From the NCBI RefSeq assembly GCF_001194135.2, contig NC_068983.1, forward strand, positions 135,666,210 to 135,730,209: 64,000 nucleotides of DNA. Reading direction: 5' to 3'. The notes under the pieces are model-generated. The model was given only the letters and a program-made list of their open reading frames with translations. It searched no databases and was not told the origin of the DNA. Every line of letters begins with the position of its first letter. Position 1 is the stretch's first letter. Of this stretch, positions 51,633 to 64,000 are shown in pieces. Position numbers and translations under genes: made by a program. Source of the stretch: Octopus bimaculoides (taxonomy: Eukaryota).

Positions 51633-52037
51633 GCATACACACACACATCCATGCATACATGCAGAGCATATACATACAAGTGTGCACACATGCATATATA
51701 TATATATGCATACACACATACATACATACACACACACACATACATACATACATACATACATACATAATATGTGTATGCACATACACACTGACACACACAC
51801 ATGTGCACAAACAAGCAAAAAAAAGAACTCAGTTCCAATAACGGACAGAGTCAATGACTATTGAAAAGATTGCAAGACGCAATGAAAAGTTTAGTAAAAA
51901 TAAATAAGTAAATGAGTGGAAATCGGACTGGTGAGAATGACTCACAAAAAGAGAATGACTCTCCCCAGACACAGTAAAATATGCTTCAACACACGAATTC
52001 ACCCCAAGAATCTTGCAAACCAAATACAAAAATGAAA

Positions 52038-52069
<32 letters not shown>

Positions 52070-52304
52070 AACTGAAATTATCAGTCAAAGGAGTATAAAA
52101 CCTATGATGAAAGAGTGTCAGGTTTGTTGACAATCAAGTTAGCCATGTAGTCATAGATTTGGACCTAAATCCCAGATACAAATTGCCAGAAGTTTGTAAT
52201 CTACACCACAGAGATCACAGAATTTCTGTTTTACAAAGAAAAACCACGAAAAGTGCTTCATATATTTTGTAGAAGTCTGACTATGTTTATGTGTGAGTAA
52301 ATAA

Positions 52305-52352
<48 letters not shown>

Positions 52353-53339
52353 TTACAGTTACACATATGTAAAATATATATTTACACATTCAAATATACA
52401 CATGCAGACATACATAAAGACAGACAGACTTACTGGCTACAAGCATTTCATTCATTTCTGATGTTTTCCTATTTGTAATTTAATCTGAATCAAGGAGCTA
52501 ACAATGTTTTCTCTATTTATCAGAGATAATTCTAAATTACAAAAATACTTTCCATTAAAAACAAATGAACAAACATGACTTGTTGATGTGATGTCCAAAT
52601 AGTTCATCAAAGAATCTTTATTTGAGAAATTAAATGTGTAAAAAAAAATAGTAATAATCAGACAAAGTACTTTTTCATGTCCAAATTGAGCTCTACCGAA
52701 AATATTTCATGATAGGAACAATGAATAAATGGATTTTTGCAAAAATATAGACAGACTTAGTATATTCTATTATGCATGTGTGTGTGTGTGAGAGAGAAAT
52801 AATGTATGCATTGTACATAAACCACCAATTAAAAATTACGTAAGAGCACTCTGGAAATCAAGAGTTGCAGTTATAATTTAATCACTATGCTTGTGTACTA
52901 TTTATTTTGATAAGCTAAGAGGAGAACTTCAATGAGGTCATTCAACCAGCTAAAGATACTGGCTAAATTCCTACCATCATGGAAAAGAAAAGACATACTG
53001 GTTAATATAAGTCATGAAAAATAAACAGTAAGCTGGTCAGGGTTAGAAATTTTAAGTAGATGTGTGGACAAAAGTATATTAAGTTAAAAACCATTTTAAG
53101 TTAAAACCTTCTGGTTACCATCATTTCATTGATATTAATTAATTTTTAAAACGATCAACTATCTATATGGACTGAATAAAATAATTAAATTGGGAACACT
53201 GCAAAAAGTTTTTACATAAAATTATGGAGGACAGGTTTAATTTAAATATGAATACTTTAAAACAGGTTATGTTTTTTTTTTTTATCCAAATACCAGAGAA
53301 AGTCTTAGGTAGATTGACATCAAAAGGCTTAACATCACC

Positions 53340-53600
53340 ATTATCATCATCATCATCATCATTTACCATCTGCTTTCCATGCTGGTATGGGTTGGATGGT
53401 TTGACAAGAGCTGGCAAGCAGAAGAGCTACACCAGGTTCCAGTCTGATTTGGCTTGGTTACTATAGCCAGATGCCCTACCTAACACCAGCCACTTTACAG
53501 TGTGTGCTGGGTACTTTCAATGTGGTACCAGCATGAGCACTTTTACATAGCACTGGCACTGGTGCTTTTTACATGGCACTGGGACAGGACTTTTGCAGGC
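53340..53600 (-). mobile_element. RTE-tailed non-autonomous retroelement
   Basis: catcatcatcatcatttaccatctgctttccatgctggtatgggttggatgg...gatgccctacctaacaccagccactttacag. Confidence 0.7.
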
Positions 53601-53706
53601 AAATCATCTTCATGGCCTTAACATTTCTGCTCAATACACTAGCACTCTGTTGCACATGTATATTTACATTACACATCTAGTGGAACATACTAACCTCTAG
53701 AGCATG

Positions 53707-53738
<32 letters not shown>

Positions 53739-53759
53739 TGTGTGTGTGTGTGTGTGTGT

Positions 53760-53777
53760 CTATATCTAGCTATCTAC

Positions 53778-53850
<73 letters not shown>
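53760..53850. repeat. (TCTA)n microsatellite preceded by (TATG)n and (TG)n
   Basis: Directly visible. Confidence 0.95.
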
Positions 53851-53851
<1 letters not shown>

Positions 53852-54251
53852 GTCTATCTGTATGTATGTATGTATATATATNNNNNNNNNNNNNNNNNNN
53901 NNNNNNNNNNNNNNNNNNNNNNNNNNNNNNNNNNNNNNNNNNNNNNNNNNNNNNNNNNNNNNNNNNNNNNNNNNNNNNNNNNNNNNNNNNNNNNNNNNNN
54001 NNNNNNNNNNNNNNNNNNNNNNNNNNNNNNNNNNNNNNNNNNNNNNNNNNNNNNNNNNNNNNNNNNNNNNNNNNNNNNNNNNNNNNNNNNNNNNNNNNNN
54101 NNNNNNNNNNNNNNNNNNNNNNNNNNNNNNNATATATATATATATATATATACATAAATCTATCTCAACAAACTCCTGTTGACCCATGCAAGTATGGAAA
54201 ACTGGATATCAAAAGATAAAACAAAAAAGCATGTAATGATGATGTACACAC

Positions 54252-54287
<36 letters not shown>

Positions 54288-55192
54288 CACATACTCCCAT
54301 ATGTACAACTTAGGCCAAGCAGGTGTTGGTGTTATAATGCAAAAATATATTCATCTGTTTATGCACAAAGGCATTGATAAGTACACTTGTAAATAAAGTG
54401 TTTGTTCAGTAAAGGATACCTGTTATATGTAATGGAAAAATGTGTTTATGTTACAATTTTATGTAAAAATATTCAGGAAAATACAAATTCAAGTAAAACA
54501 CAAACATTCTAACAAAAATATCATACAGAGAGTAGGTAAAATGATATATTAGGGAACTGGAAATTAATAATAGCATACTGAGCCAGTTCTTCGGCTATGC
54601 AGTTTTCTTTTATAGGACAAATGCTCTGATTAGAACAGTTTGTCTTAGAAGTAGGAACTGTTCCAATCAAAACAAAAGGAGGATACTTACACAGTAGTTA
54701 GGATTTAATTCAGCAAAATTATGCATAATAATAGCATGAGTAGTTACGAAGGAAAGTCTCAAAGTATATTTTTTAACAAGGTTATGATATTTTTGGGTTG
54801 GTGGTAAATTGTTTAGATAAAAGTTTCAGGGAAATTTTGTCTATGGGTGTAATTACTAGCTGGGTAGATGGTGAGTTATAAAAATTAATATTTCTTTTTC
54901 TATTTCTATGTTAGTTACTATAAGATGGAAGACTGGATAGTATTGTACTTCATCAGTGAACCTACTTTTGTAAGTAAGGAGAGGAAGTTTCTTTAAAGAC
55001 TCATTGAATTGAAGATAAAGAGAAGGCTCATATTATAGACAAGACTATCTATGGTTAGGTAGTTTGTTTACATGAAGGGACTTTTCGATTTTCTTTTTTT
55101 GATTAGTAATATTTTGCCTTGTCTAGATATCATGTAATATCTAACAAGTTGACAATTTTTAGGCACTGATCTGAGCTCAAAATGTTTTATGA

Positions 55193-55235
<43 letters not shown>

Positions 55236-55249
55236 TGTGTATGTCACCT

Positions 55250-55713
55250 CTACCTCATCTCTAACCATCTCTCCTCACACTGTTATGAAACTTCCTCCTC
55301 TATACTGAGAGTATGTCTCAACATCTCTCCACCACCACTACCTCTGTCTCTTTCCTTTTCTCTCCTTTTCTTTACAACTGGAGTAGCCCATGTATCTCCT
55401 CTACTGCAAGATACTGATATCTGTTCTTCTATTATACTTTAACCTCTCATCAACTGGCACAAAACCACTGCTTCCTAGTCAAAGGGTCTTTGTTTTGTAA
55501 GTTATTTGGTAACCCCGCTAGTACTGGTGCCACATAAAAAACACCCAGTAACTCTGTAAAGTAGTTTGTGTTAGGAAGGGCATCCAGCCATAAGAACAAT
55601 ACCAAAGCAGACAAGAGCAAGACAATATAGCTTGGCATAGTCCTTTGGCTTGCCAGCACCAGTCAAATCATCGAACCCATACTAACATGGAAAATAGATG
55701 TTAAATGATGATG

Positions 55714-55715
<2 letters not shown>
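55250..55715 (+). mobile_element. Composite repeat: short pyrimidine-rich body plus RTE-type tail
   Basis: gagtagcccatgtatctcctctactgcaagatac, then gtgttaggaagggcatccagccataagaac...aaatgatgatgat. Confidence 0.6.
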
Positions 55716-55748
<33 letters not shown>

Positions 55749-56689
55749 TAAGTGACCAGTGGACTGCAGATTCAGCTCTCTTGGTAAAAGGAAGGAAAAA
55801 GGTTGTTTTGAAGGAAAAGAAACAGAGTTTTGGAGGATATTCAGGATATATTAGCTTATGAAGTTGTTTATTTCAGCTGAACCTTTTGATTTCATAGTAA
55901 CAATGAAGGGTTCAGACGAATGTTTTCATGTTGAAAAGTAGAAAAGAAGAACTTTTCTAGTTTCCAGTATTGTTTCAATGTTATAAAGTTTTACTGATGT
56001 GGTAGAATTCTATAGTTAATGGATTAATAGAGAATTTGGTAATAGAAAGGTGATATTCCCAAGGTATCAAACTGGAAAAAAAAAGCAATTTTTCTGGTTT
56101 TAAATGTAGCTGAGCCAATTTAGTATGAGGCTTGTATTATTCTACGATAATAACAGATATTTCTTTTTAACTTTAGTAGCAAAAAATCCATTTTACTTCT
56201 AGTTACGCTTAAATTGGTTTTGGAGGAGTTTATTTGTTGAATAGGAAATTGTTGGTAGATGTTATTTTTGTGGTCTTTTAAGTTAGAATAAAGCTCTTGT
56301 GACATTAGCAAATGTTTTATTATCATTTTACTTAGTGGCTGTCTTTAGCAGAAGAATTCATGCCATTTAGTGCTATGTTGTATGTTTTCTTTTAAATGCT
56401 GGAGATCAAATCAGAGAAATATTGAGTTATTCTTATTGTCATTTTCATATAGATTTTTCATTTAACCTGAGTTAACAAAAATGTTTCTACTTTTCTTGAT
56501 TAAATATATTTCAGAGTTCTTCATATTTTCATTGAGTTGCAAGAAGATACTAGGTGGATGGTTCTTAAATGTTTCAACTCATATCTATTACAATATTCCT
56601 GGGTGAATTTTTTTTGAAAGATATGCTTTCTATTTAATTTCTTGATAAAACATTGTTATTGTCATTGTTGTCGCTGTTGTTGTCATTGT

Positions 56690-57700
56690 TGTCATTGCCA
56701 CCATCACCACCTTCATTCAAAGTCCATGTTCTATGCTGGCATAGGCAGGATGGTTTGATAGGATTGGATGAGTCCAAAGGCCGCATATGCTCCAAGGTCT
56801 GCTTTGGCATGAATTCTATGACTGGTTGTCCTTCTTAATGTCAGCTACTGTACAGTATGTACTGGACACTTTTTTGTAGCATTAGAACTTTATTAAGTTG
56901 CCATGTATCCTGCAAGACTAAGATTCTCTTTGATTATGTGCAAGGATGGGGACTAGAGTAGCAAGGGAGGTAGCTTTACACTATGAGATGAGGGGTTAAA
57001 GTGTGAAAGAAGGGGTCAGAAAAGAACAGGTTTCTAGCTGTAGAGGAGCTACCTGGAAACTCTGATTGCTGAAGAGAGGATGGAAGTAACTGGGATGGAA
57101 CTGGAAAGGGATAATAATGGTGATGATGAGATTTCAGGGTGGTCACTCAAGATAAGAGGTGAGTAGAAGAGAATGGGGACAGGAGAACAGAAAGTGTGAG
57201 TAGGCAGAGGACACAAGAATGTATGGAAGAGTGAGGGATGATTAGAGGTGGGGAATGAGTGAAGGGGTGAATATAACAAAGAACAAGTGTTGAGAGGAGA
57301 TAAGGGGGAGAGAGGGAAGAGTAGGTGATAACTGTAGAAATTGGGTGGTGTTGAGACATGACTATGAATTGGGGTAAGTAGGGGAGAGGAGATGACTGAC
57401 AGTGCATAGAAGTGGGTGGAGAGCAGCAGAATGGCAATAATGATAAAGTAGAGAGGGGGAAGGATGAGGAAGGATGGAAGAGAGAGGGAGAAAAAAGAGT
57501 GAGATGTTGTGTAGCTTTTAAGAGTGTAGTAAATGAAGAGAAGAAGAAGGAGAGATGTATGTTGGTGGAGGAGAAGTAATTTGGTGGCTCAGGAGGGTGA
57601 CCAATGTAAACTGTGGTTGAAGTAGACAGTATTAAGAATGAAGGATGAAGGATGGATATCAGGTGTAGTGGTTCTGGGTAGCATGAAAGATAAGTGGTAT
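56690..57700 (-). mobile_element. Composite repeat: RTE-type tail plus purine-rich body (minus orientation)
   Basis: Tail ccatgttctatgctggcatagg near 56725. agaacaggtttctagctgtagaggagctac (57023-57052) is the reverse complement of the shared body motif. Confidence 0.6.
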
Positions 57701-58959
57701 CAGAGAAAAACTAATGAAATATGCACCTCTGCCCACATTTAATTACAGCTGCAGTATTCTGCAGCAAAAACGAGAGTTGGAAGGTGGTTACTATGTCTTG
57801 AGGAAGAAACTCTGTGGTGGGGGCTCTGAAATTTCAGTCGGCATTACAGGAAGTTCTCACTTTTGAAAGAGGAGTCTAATTTTAGAATAGATTTTTGTTG
57901 CCTTGCTAGAGACAAAACAACTTCTCTAATGCTGGTGTCAATGAAATCTACCCCCAATGTATCCTACCAAGTGGTTGGTGAATGAATAGAAATAACTTAA
58001 GGTAGAGAAAATTTTTAGACTTGTCCTTAAGGAGTTGACAAATTTATTAGGGCACTGATGTCATGATAAAACTCACCCACTTCATTCTGTAAAGTGGATA
58101 GGGATAGGAAAGGTATCCAGCTGTAGAGGGCATTAAATTGAAATCAATGTGTAAGACATGGTCACAAAACATTTTGGAGAGTATCAGCTTCAACTAAGAA
58201 CTGACTCACTCTGTGATGACTTGCTCAACCTAGTTTGAAAAATGGACTTAAGATGATGATGAAGTAATGAAAAGGATAATATAAATGTGTGTGTGTGTGC
58301 ATATATGTAGATATAGGTATAGATATAGATATACACACATGCAAGCACATAGGTGCAAAACACGGTGGAAAAAAATAGCTTTCAAATACTGAAGATATAG
58401 TAAAATAGTGTTTTACTGAAGCTGAAAAACTTTCACAAACTGTTATTAAGAATTTCATGAAACTGATCATCAGAGAGTTGCACTGAGCTTGTGAAGTATT
58501 TTCAGCTTAAATAAAATGCTATATACATATGTGCGTATGCATGTGTGTGCACACACATATGGATGTGCATGTGTGTGTGTGAGTATATATATAAATGTAA
58601 GGATAAGCAAGTTAGGCAAGTCGGTATACAAAATATATTTAAATGTATTTAACATTTTTTGTATATCGGCTTGCCTATCTTGCTTATCCTTATATTTACT
58701 CCACTACCTGCTTAAGTTTAAACCTCTTGAGCATTATGAAGTGTATTTTATATGGATAATATCTGTTTCATCTATATATATATATATATATATATATNNN
58801 NNNNNNNNNNNNNNNNNNNNNNNNNNNNNNNNNNNNNNNNNNNNNNNNNNNNNNNNNNNNATATATATGCGAGTAAAAATAAATACAAAAAAAGGGGTTT
58901 TGTATGATTGTGTATAGAGGAATATACATTTTGCACATCATTCTACTACAACCTGTTCT

Positions 58960-59745
58960 ATTCTCCTTCTTGAGCCGCTCCTATATCTCCCACCTTACCC
59001 CTCTCCATACTGGTATTTCCCATCGTCTGCACCACCACCTTTGTTCATCACTCATTACATTAACCTTTACCTCCATCTATTTGCCACTCCTCTTCCCCAC
59101 ACATACACTCTTATAAAAGCATCCACTCTCTCATCTCCTCCCATGGTTCACTGTCCTCGCCTTCTCTAATGCTCACCTTCTTGATCCTTAAGAGTTTGCT
59201 CTAGCACCCCACCACTACCTACCTTTTATCTCCTTTAGCCATATATCTCCTCTGTAGCAAGACACCTGTGCTTGTCCTTCTATCATACTTTAGCCTTTCA
59301 GCACCACTCACCCATATATCCCTCCACCTACACTTTCTCTTCCTAAATACTTCCTCTTAGTTGTAGAGGCTTTTACTGCTTCCCTTTTCTGTGGTATTTT
59401 TTGTTTGCAAGTTACATGACACTAGTGCTGGTGGCATGAAAAAGGCATCCAGTACACTGAGTAAAGTGGTTGGCATTAGGAAGGGTATTCATGTAAAATA
59501 CACTACCATTTCGAGTGTGGCCGTTGCCAGTACCACCTGACTGGCCCTCATGCCGGTGGCACGTAAAAGCACCCACTACACTCTCGGAGTGGTTGGTGTT
59601 AGGAAGGGCATCCAGCTGTAGAAACTCTGTCAAATCAGACTGGAGCCTGGTGTAGCCATCTGGTTTCACCAGTCCTCAGTCAAATCGTCCAACCCATGCT
59701 AGCATGGAAAGCGGACATTAAACGATGATGATTATGATGATGATT
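58960..59745 (+). mobile_element. Composite repeat interrupted or followed by a young RTE tail
   Basis: Body motif atatctcctctgtagcaagacacctg near 59243. Young tail 59505-59745 is near-identical to 44506-44722. Confidence 0.65.
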
Positions 59746-59906
59746 CAGCCATAGAAACCATACCAAAGATGACATCAGAGCTTGATGCAACTCTGCAGCT
59801 TGCTGGTACCATGTTAAACCATCCTACCTATGCCAGAATTATAAGCAGATTTTAACTGATGATGATGATGACATATATATATATATGTGTGTGTGTGTGT
59901 GTATAT

Positions 59907-59951
<45 letters not shown>

Positions 59952-60348
59952 TACACATGTCCACGCACACACAGTTTGTATAAAAATGTCAAAGTGTGCA
60001 AAGCAGTCTTACATGGTAAAAGTTTAGAATGCAAAGAATGTATACTGACTGTAACTAAGGCTACAAACATTCAGCAGTGGGTAGAAATGAACCAGAACCA
60101 GAGATAAAGATTGATTAAGTATGAATGGCTCCTGACATCATGTACAATGAAAGGCAGTTGATATCATGGGCTATGTAACTGTCAAGTGTTGTTTAGAACT
60201 TTCAACTGTTGCTTGTTCTTTCCTTCCACCTGTTGTATACAGCCACCCAGACAAACTGGCTGCACTGAACCTTTAGGTGTCGCTTTTTAATCCTAGCTAC
60301 TACATGCATACGCACATACATACATTTATGCATATGTGTGTGTGTGTG

Positions 60349-60386
<38 letters not shown>

Positions 60387-60509
60387 AGCATTTGTGTGTG
60401 TATGTTTGCTTGTTTTTTTATATACACACACACATATATATATATACACACACACACATACATATACATATATATATATATGTATGTGTGTGTGTGTGTG
60501 TGTGTGTGC

Positions 60510-60558
<49 letters not shown>

Positions 60559-60769
60559 AAGAGATAGAGAGAGACAGACAGATAGACAGAGAGACAGAGA
60601 CTGAGAGAGAGAGTTTGCCAAAAAAATTTATACACACTTCAGAGAAAGGTAAAATGTGTAGAAATATTTTAATGGTAAATTTATTCAGACATCATAAGAT
60701 TAATATAACTTACCTTTAAACTTTTATGCATTTTTTGGCATGTTGACAAAGCAGTCAATTTACTGAGTG

Positions 60770-61240
60770 CCAATGTTTGCTGTAGAGTGTCAACAAAATG
60801 TTTAATAGGACCATTTTTCTTTGAAGGTTCTAACACTGTTCAGGCACACCTAGACATGCTATGCATAGTCATTTTACCTGCCATATATGTATTTTATTGA
60901 AATGATGACATTTTTTCAATAAGACAGCACACCAACACACTACTGCAGAGGCATGTGAGCTTACCTGGATGAGAATTCGCAAGAACACAAGATAGTATGC
61001 AAGTGAGTTACTTGCATGTTCTCCTGAATTAATATTTGCAGTAACTTTTACTTATGGGTTATCCTAAAGAATGACTGTATTGCAGAATACTGACTGCACT
61101 GACAGTCCTTTAGGAAGAAATTGAATGGCATGTGCAGCAATCCTACTGAACACTTTGGCCAACATTGCCCAAAGCAGCAGTTCGCTATACTAATAAGTGT
61201 CTGGAAGCTAAAGGCGACCACTTTGAGCACCTCTTGCAAT
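60770..61240 (+). pseudogene. Tc1/mariner transposase catalytic-domain relic (rosa/maT-like)
   Basis: VCCRVSTKCLIGPFFFEG..HLDML..ILPAI..NDDIF(F)Q*DSTPTHY..AYLDEN; SPEL..FYLW..LK; ACAAI..TLANI; KCLEAKGDHFEHLL. Matches IGPFFF, QQDGAPPH, SPDL..DFFLWGYLK and C..A.G.HFEHLL. Confidence 0.75.
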
Positions 61241-61787
61241 TGTGGAGTTTAAAGATAGTCTGTATCAATTCTGTGATGTCTGAATAAATTTAGTATAAGC
61301 TTTTGCAGTCATTTTTGCACATTTGTCATTCAATTTGATAACTGGGTCACAAAATAAGATTAGCGCCATGAAGTTAGTCATTCAAATTCGTTTTTCAATC
61401 ATTCAATTTTGCACTTCAGTCAAAGAATTTGCATTTAATTAGCAAATTAAAATGCCTATCGAGAGCATTGAAATTAGTTGGAATGTGAAGAAGTGTCTTT
61501 TCGAGCATTCAAATTTGCATGTAAGCATTCAAGTTCAGAATAAGCTTATTCAATTTAGCACTAATTTTACATGTCTGTTTTCACTCACATTCTAAGAAGT
61601 GAAAGTTAAAAATGACAAATTTAAGTGACATGTTTTGTCATGCAAATTTTATTGTGTTGTTATAACTACAAGGAAGAAATAAATTAAGTGATTCTTCTGT
61701 ACACGAAAGTCTTTTCCATTACAACACTTGTAACTGGTTGGTATCAGTTACATTTTATATTCCTTTCTCTTATACCAGTTTGTAATC

Positions 61788-62668
61788 ATGGAGCCACGCA
61801 TAAGATACATGAGTATATTGGATGAAGGTAGGGCAAGACTGGTTGACGCCTTCAAGGGGCATCAAACTGATTACCTGCAACTAGTAGACACACTTGGCAT
61901 TAAAAGGAGTACTGCTCGATCCATAGTAGTGACCTACCTACAGTCTGAGAGGTACCACAAGTTGCCCAGAGGAGCTGCCCAGAGGAGCTGCCCAGAGGAG
62001 CTGCCCAGAGGAGCTGCCCAGAGGAGCTGCCCAGAGGAGCTGCCCACCTCATTAAGGTTGATGAGAAAATGTGAGCCAGGTTTCAGGTGATTATTGATGC
62101 CAACCTACTTGCAACCTTTCAACAGATGAAGAGGTACTTAGAAGCAGCATTGCCCGGAAAGCTACCTGTTTCCATGTCTGCTATCTCATGGGCTCTAGAT
62201 GGGATGTTGATAACTACGAAGCTGGCCAAAGACGTCCCAGATGCAAGAAATACCCCATGAACTCTAGAAAAGCCTTATGAGTACATGCATTGGTTCATGG
62301 AAAAGGGAGTCATCGTCTATTACATATTTATCGATAAATGTGGGTACAACATTTGGATCAGGTGGTCTTTTGGATGAGACCCTTGAAGCATTCCTGTTTG
62401 CTGAGCTGTCAACCATCAGTTTGGGAAAACCGCAACTTTCACAATGTTGGGAGAAATTGGCTTAATTCACTACTCCATTGCAAGTGATACTGTTACACAA
62501 AACTCTTTCGAGGCTGACATGACCATGGAAGAATGATGAGCATATGTCATACAACAGGTTGCAAGGTGTAGCATCAATGCTGTCACTCCAGAAAATTGTG
62601 TTTGTTGGTATAGCCACACCCAGACTTACCTCCCACGATGCCTCAACTGCCAGGAAATAGATGGTTAA
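61788..62668 (+). pseudogene. Transposase pseudogene (HTH plus partial DDE domain)
   Basis: MEPRIRY...LGIKRSTARSIV (HTH)...KLPRGAAHLIKVDEKM...YIFIDKCGYNIW (first catalytic D)...CWYSHTQTYLPRCL. Broken by a repeat expansion, seven TGA codons and an apparent deletion of the second-D region. Confidence 0.85.
61963..62046 (+). repeat. 13-bp perfect tandem repeat (TGCCCAGAGGAGC) x6.5 inside the transposase
   Basis: Six identical units at 61963-62040 plus TGCCCA. Confidence 0.95.
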
Positions 62669-63424
62669 ATCCTCTTAAACAAATTCTCCTTATCAAGTCT
62701 GTAAATCAATAATTATCTTATTGTACAAAGCACCCTTTCCCTGATGAAAGAAAAAATGCAAAATCAAAGAAATATATACTTTTCCCAACAAGACAAAGGA
62801 AGAACACATATCACAACATGATGTGTTCAAAATCAAAGAAAATGAACATTTTGTTTTTTTGTAATTGTGAGTTTCTTTAAAAAGATTGAAAAGGCTGGAA
62901 TGCAATTTCATGAAGTCTCACAATAAATACATGTACCTATGCAAAAATGAAAGAATACATAGAAAAGACATGGGCACAATGAAGTACTTAAAGCATAAAC
63001 AATGGATGAAAATATATGATTATGATAACAATGACCATGAGATAAAAACAAAACAGTTATCATGCTAATTTGATTGCTTGAAGTGTTAAATAGATTGTTC
63101 CGAAACGAATTTGAATGTTTGAAAAAATGCTTCCTCGCATTCCGACTTATTTGAATGCTCTCGATGGGCATTTTAATTTGAATGATGTAAATGCTAAATT
63201 CTTTGACCAATGTGCAAAATTGAATGATTGTAAAATGAATTTGAATGCCTAACTTCATGGTGCTAACTTTTTCACGCCTTTGAATGACCCGATTATCAAA
63301 TTGAATGACAAACATATGAAAATGACTGCAAAAACCTACATCAAAATATTTCTACACATTTTTCTTTTCTTGAAGTATGTATATATTTTTTGGCTGATTC
63401 TGTTATATACATATATACATATAT

Positions 63425-63525
63425 ATCATCATCATCATCATCATCATCGTTTAATATCTGCCTTCCATGCAGGCATGGGTTGGACAGTTTGACAGGAGCT
63501 GGCCAGGTAGAAAACTACCCCAGGT
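63425..63525 (-). mobile_element. RTE-type tail fragment
   Basis: catcatcatcatcgtttaatatctgccttccatgcaggcatgggttggacagtttgacagg. Confidence 0.7.
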
Positions 63526-63689
63526 AGAATTATAATATATATATATAATAATTGTTAATTACAGGTATTCTTTTATTAGTTCCTATTTATAAAGCTTTTG
63601 GTATTATCTATTAAGTTACAGGTATAAGTTTAACATGTAAGGATAACGAATATTTAATACGCATGTAGTGTTTTAATTATTTTCTAATC

Positions 63690-63840
63690 AGCTGATGATA
63701 TCATTCAAAAAAATTAACTAATGGTTCTCAGCAACTATACATCAAACTTACTGATTGATGTTAGCAAAAAGCTGATGAATCAAAGTTATTGATGGCAAAT
63801 CAGTCAAGCTTAATATAAGCTGGAAGAAAATAGACAAGAT
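63690..63840 (+). pseudogene. Possible highly decayed RT fragment
   Basis: Out-of-frame SADDII and SVKLNISWKK resemble YADD and GLxINxxKTK. Too short and degenerate to be sure. Confidence 0.3.
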
Positions 63841-64000
63841 CGCAGAACAGAGCAGACTTGTGAAAGGTGTGAATGCAGTCAAACATCATATCATGTTAGC
63901 TGCAGCAATCCAGCAATCAGCTATGTTTGACAGCCAGATCTGTCAAATATGAAGAGTCTGCAAATTTAACTACCTGTATTGTTTCTTACTTAAGGGCTAC

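Larger units (their letters stand above)
2304..58860. other. Assembly gaps: 2304-2313, 4969-5066, 21097-21476, 32060-32728, 33398-33976, 38810-38819, 44083-44505, 46394-47086, 53882-54131, 58798-58860
   Basis: N runs, nearly all bordered by microsatellites or young repeats. Confidence 0.99.
61298..63336 (+). mobile_element. IS630/Tc1/mariner-superfamily DNA transposon, about 2.04 kb, roughly 270-bp imperfect TIRs, TA target duplication
   Basis: 61298-61560 is the diverged reverse complement of 63062-63336 (ttttgcagtcattt...ttgtcattcaatttgataa...catgaagttag.cattcaaattc...). TA at 61296-97 and 63337-38. Confidence 0.85.

Noticed and set aside
55750-56640. Minus-strand stretch with faint retroelement-like peptides
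   Set aside because: Too degenerate to assign. No diagnostic motif intact.
2240-60719. Dozens of ORF-track entries rich in ER, SL, YI, HT, CV or X
   Set aside because: They are translations of (GA)n, (TA)n and (CA)n arrays or N-gaps, not genes.
63790-63950. IKVIDGKSVKLNISW resembles the small-GTPase IDGKxVKLQIWD segment
   Set aside because: No DTAG, two stops just upstream and no splice acceptor. Better explained as RT residue or chance.

Overview
AT-rich eukaryotic scaffold, dense in microsatellites and repeats, with ten N-gaps. The repeat landscape looks like a cephalopod (Octopus-like) genome; this is my inference from (TA)n/(CA)n density and RTE-tailed SINEs ending in (GAT)n. I could not identify any host protein-coding exon with confidence, and most ORF-track entries are microsatellite or gap artefacts. 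Well-supported content is mobile DNA: RTE-clade LINE fragments and many RTE-tailed non-autonomous elements, tRNA-derived SINEs (one intact with a 14-bp TSD), an R4/Dong-type retrotransposon 3' half, three Helitron pieces, two Penelope-like GIY-YIG fragments, a mariner-type transposase relic, and a 2.0-kb IS630/Tc1-superfamily transposon with long TIRs. The best non-routine signal is a set of hammerhead ribozyme motifs. One at 34391-34489 (+) has a complete catalytic core and an unusually long stem II. It faces an inverted copy whose only two differences hit core positions. Further degenerate hammerheads of other families lie at about 10.7, 40.7, 42.8 and 43.7 kb. Also notable are a 33-bp hairpin whose only imperfections are G:U pairs, and a roughly 6.5-kb CpG-retaining domain (24.6-31.1 kb) between CpG-depleted domains, a likely promoter region. 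CpG contrasts were judged by eye, not computed.
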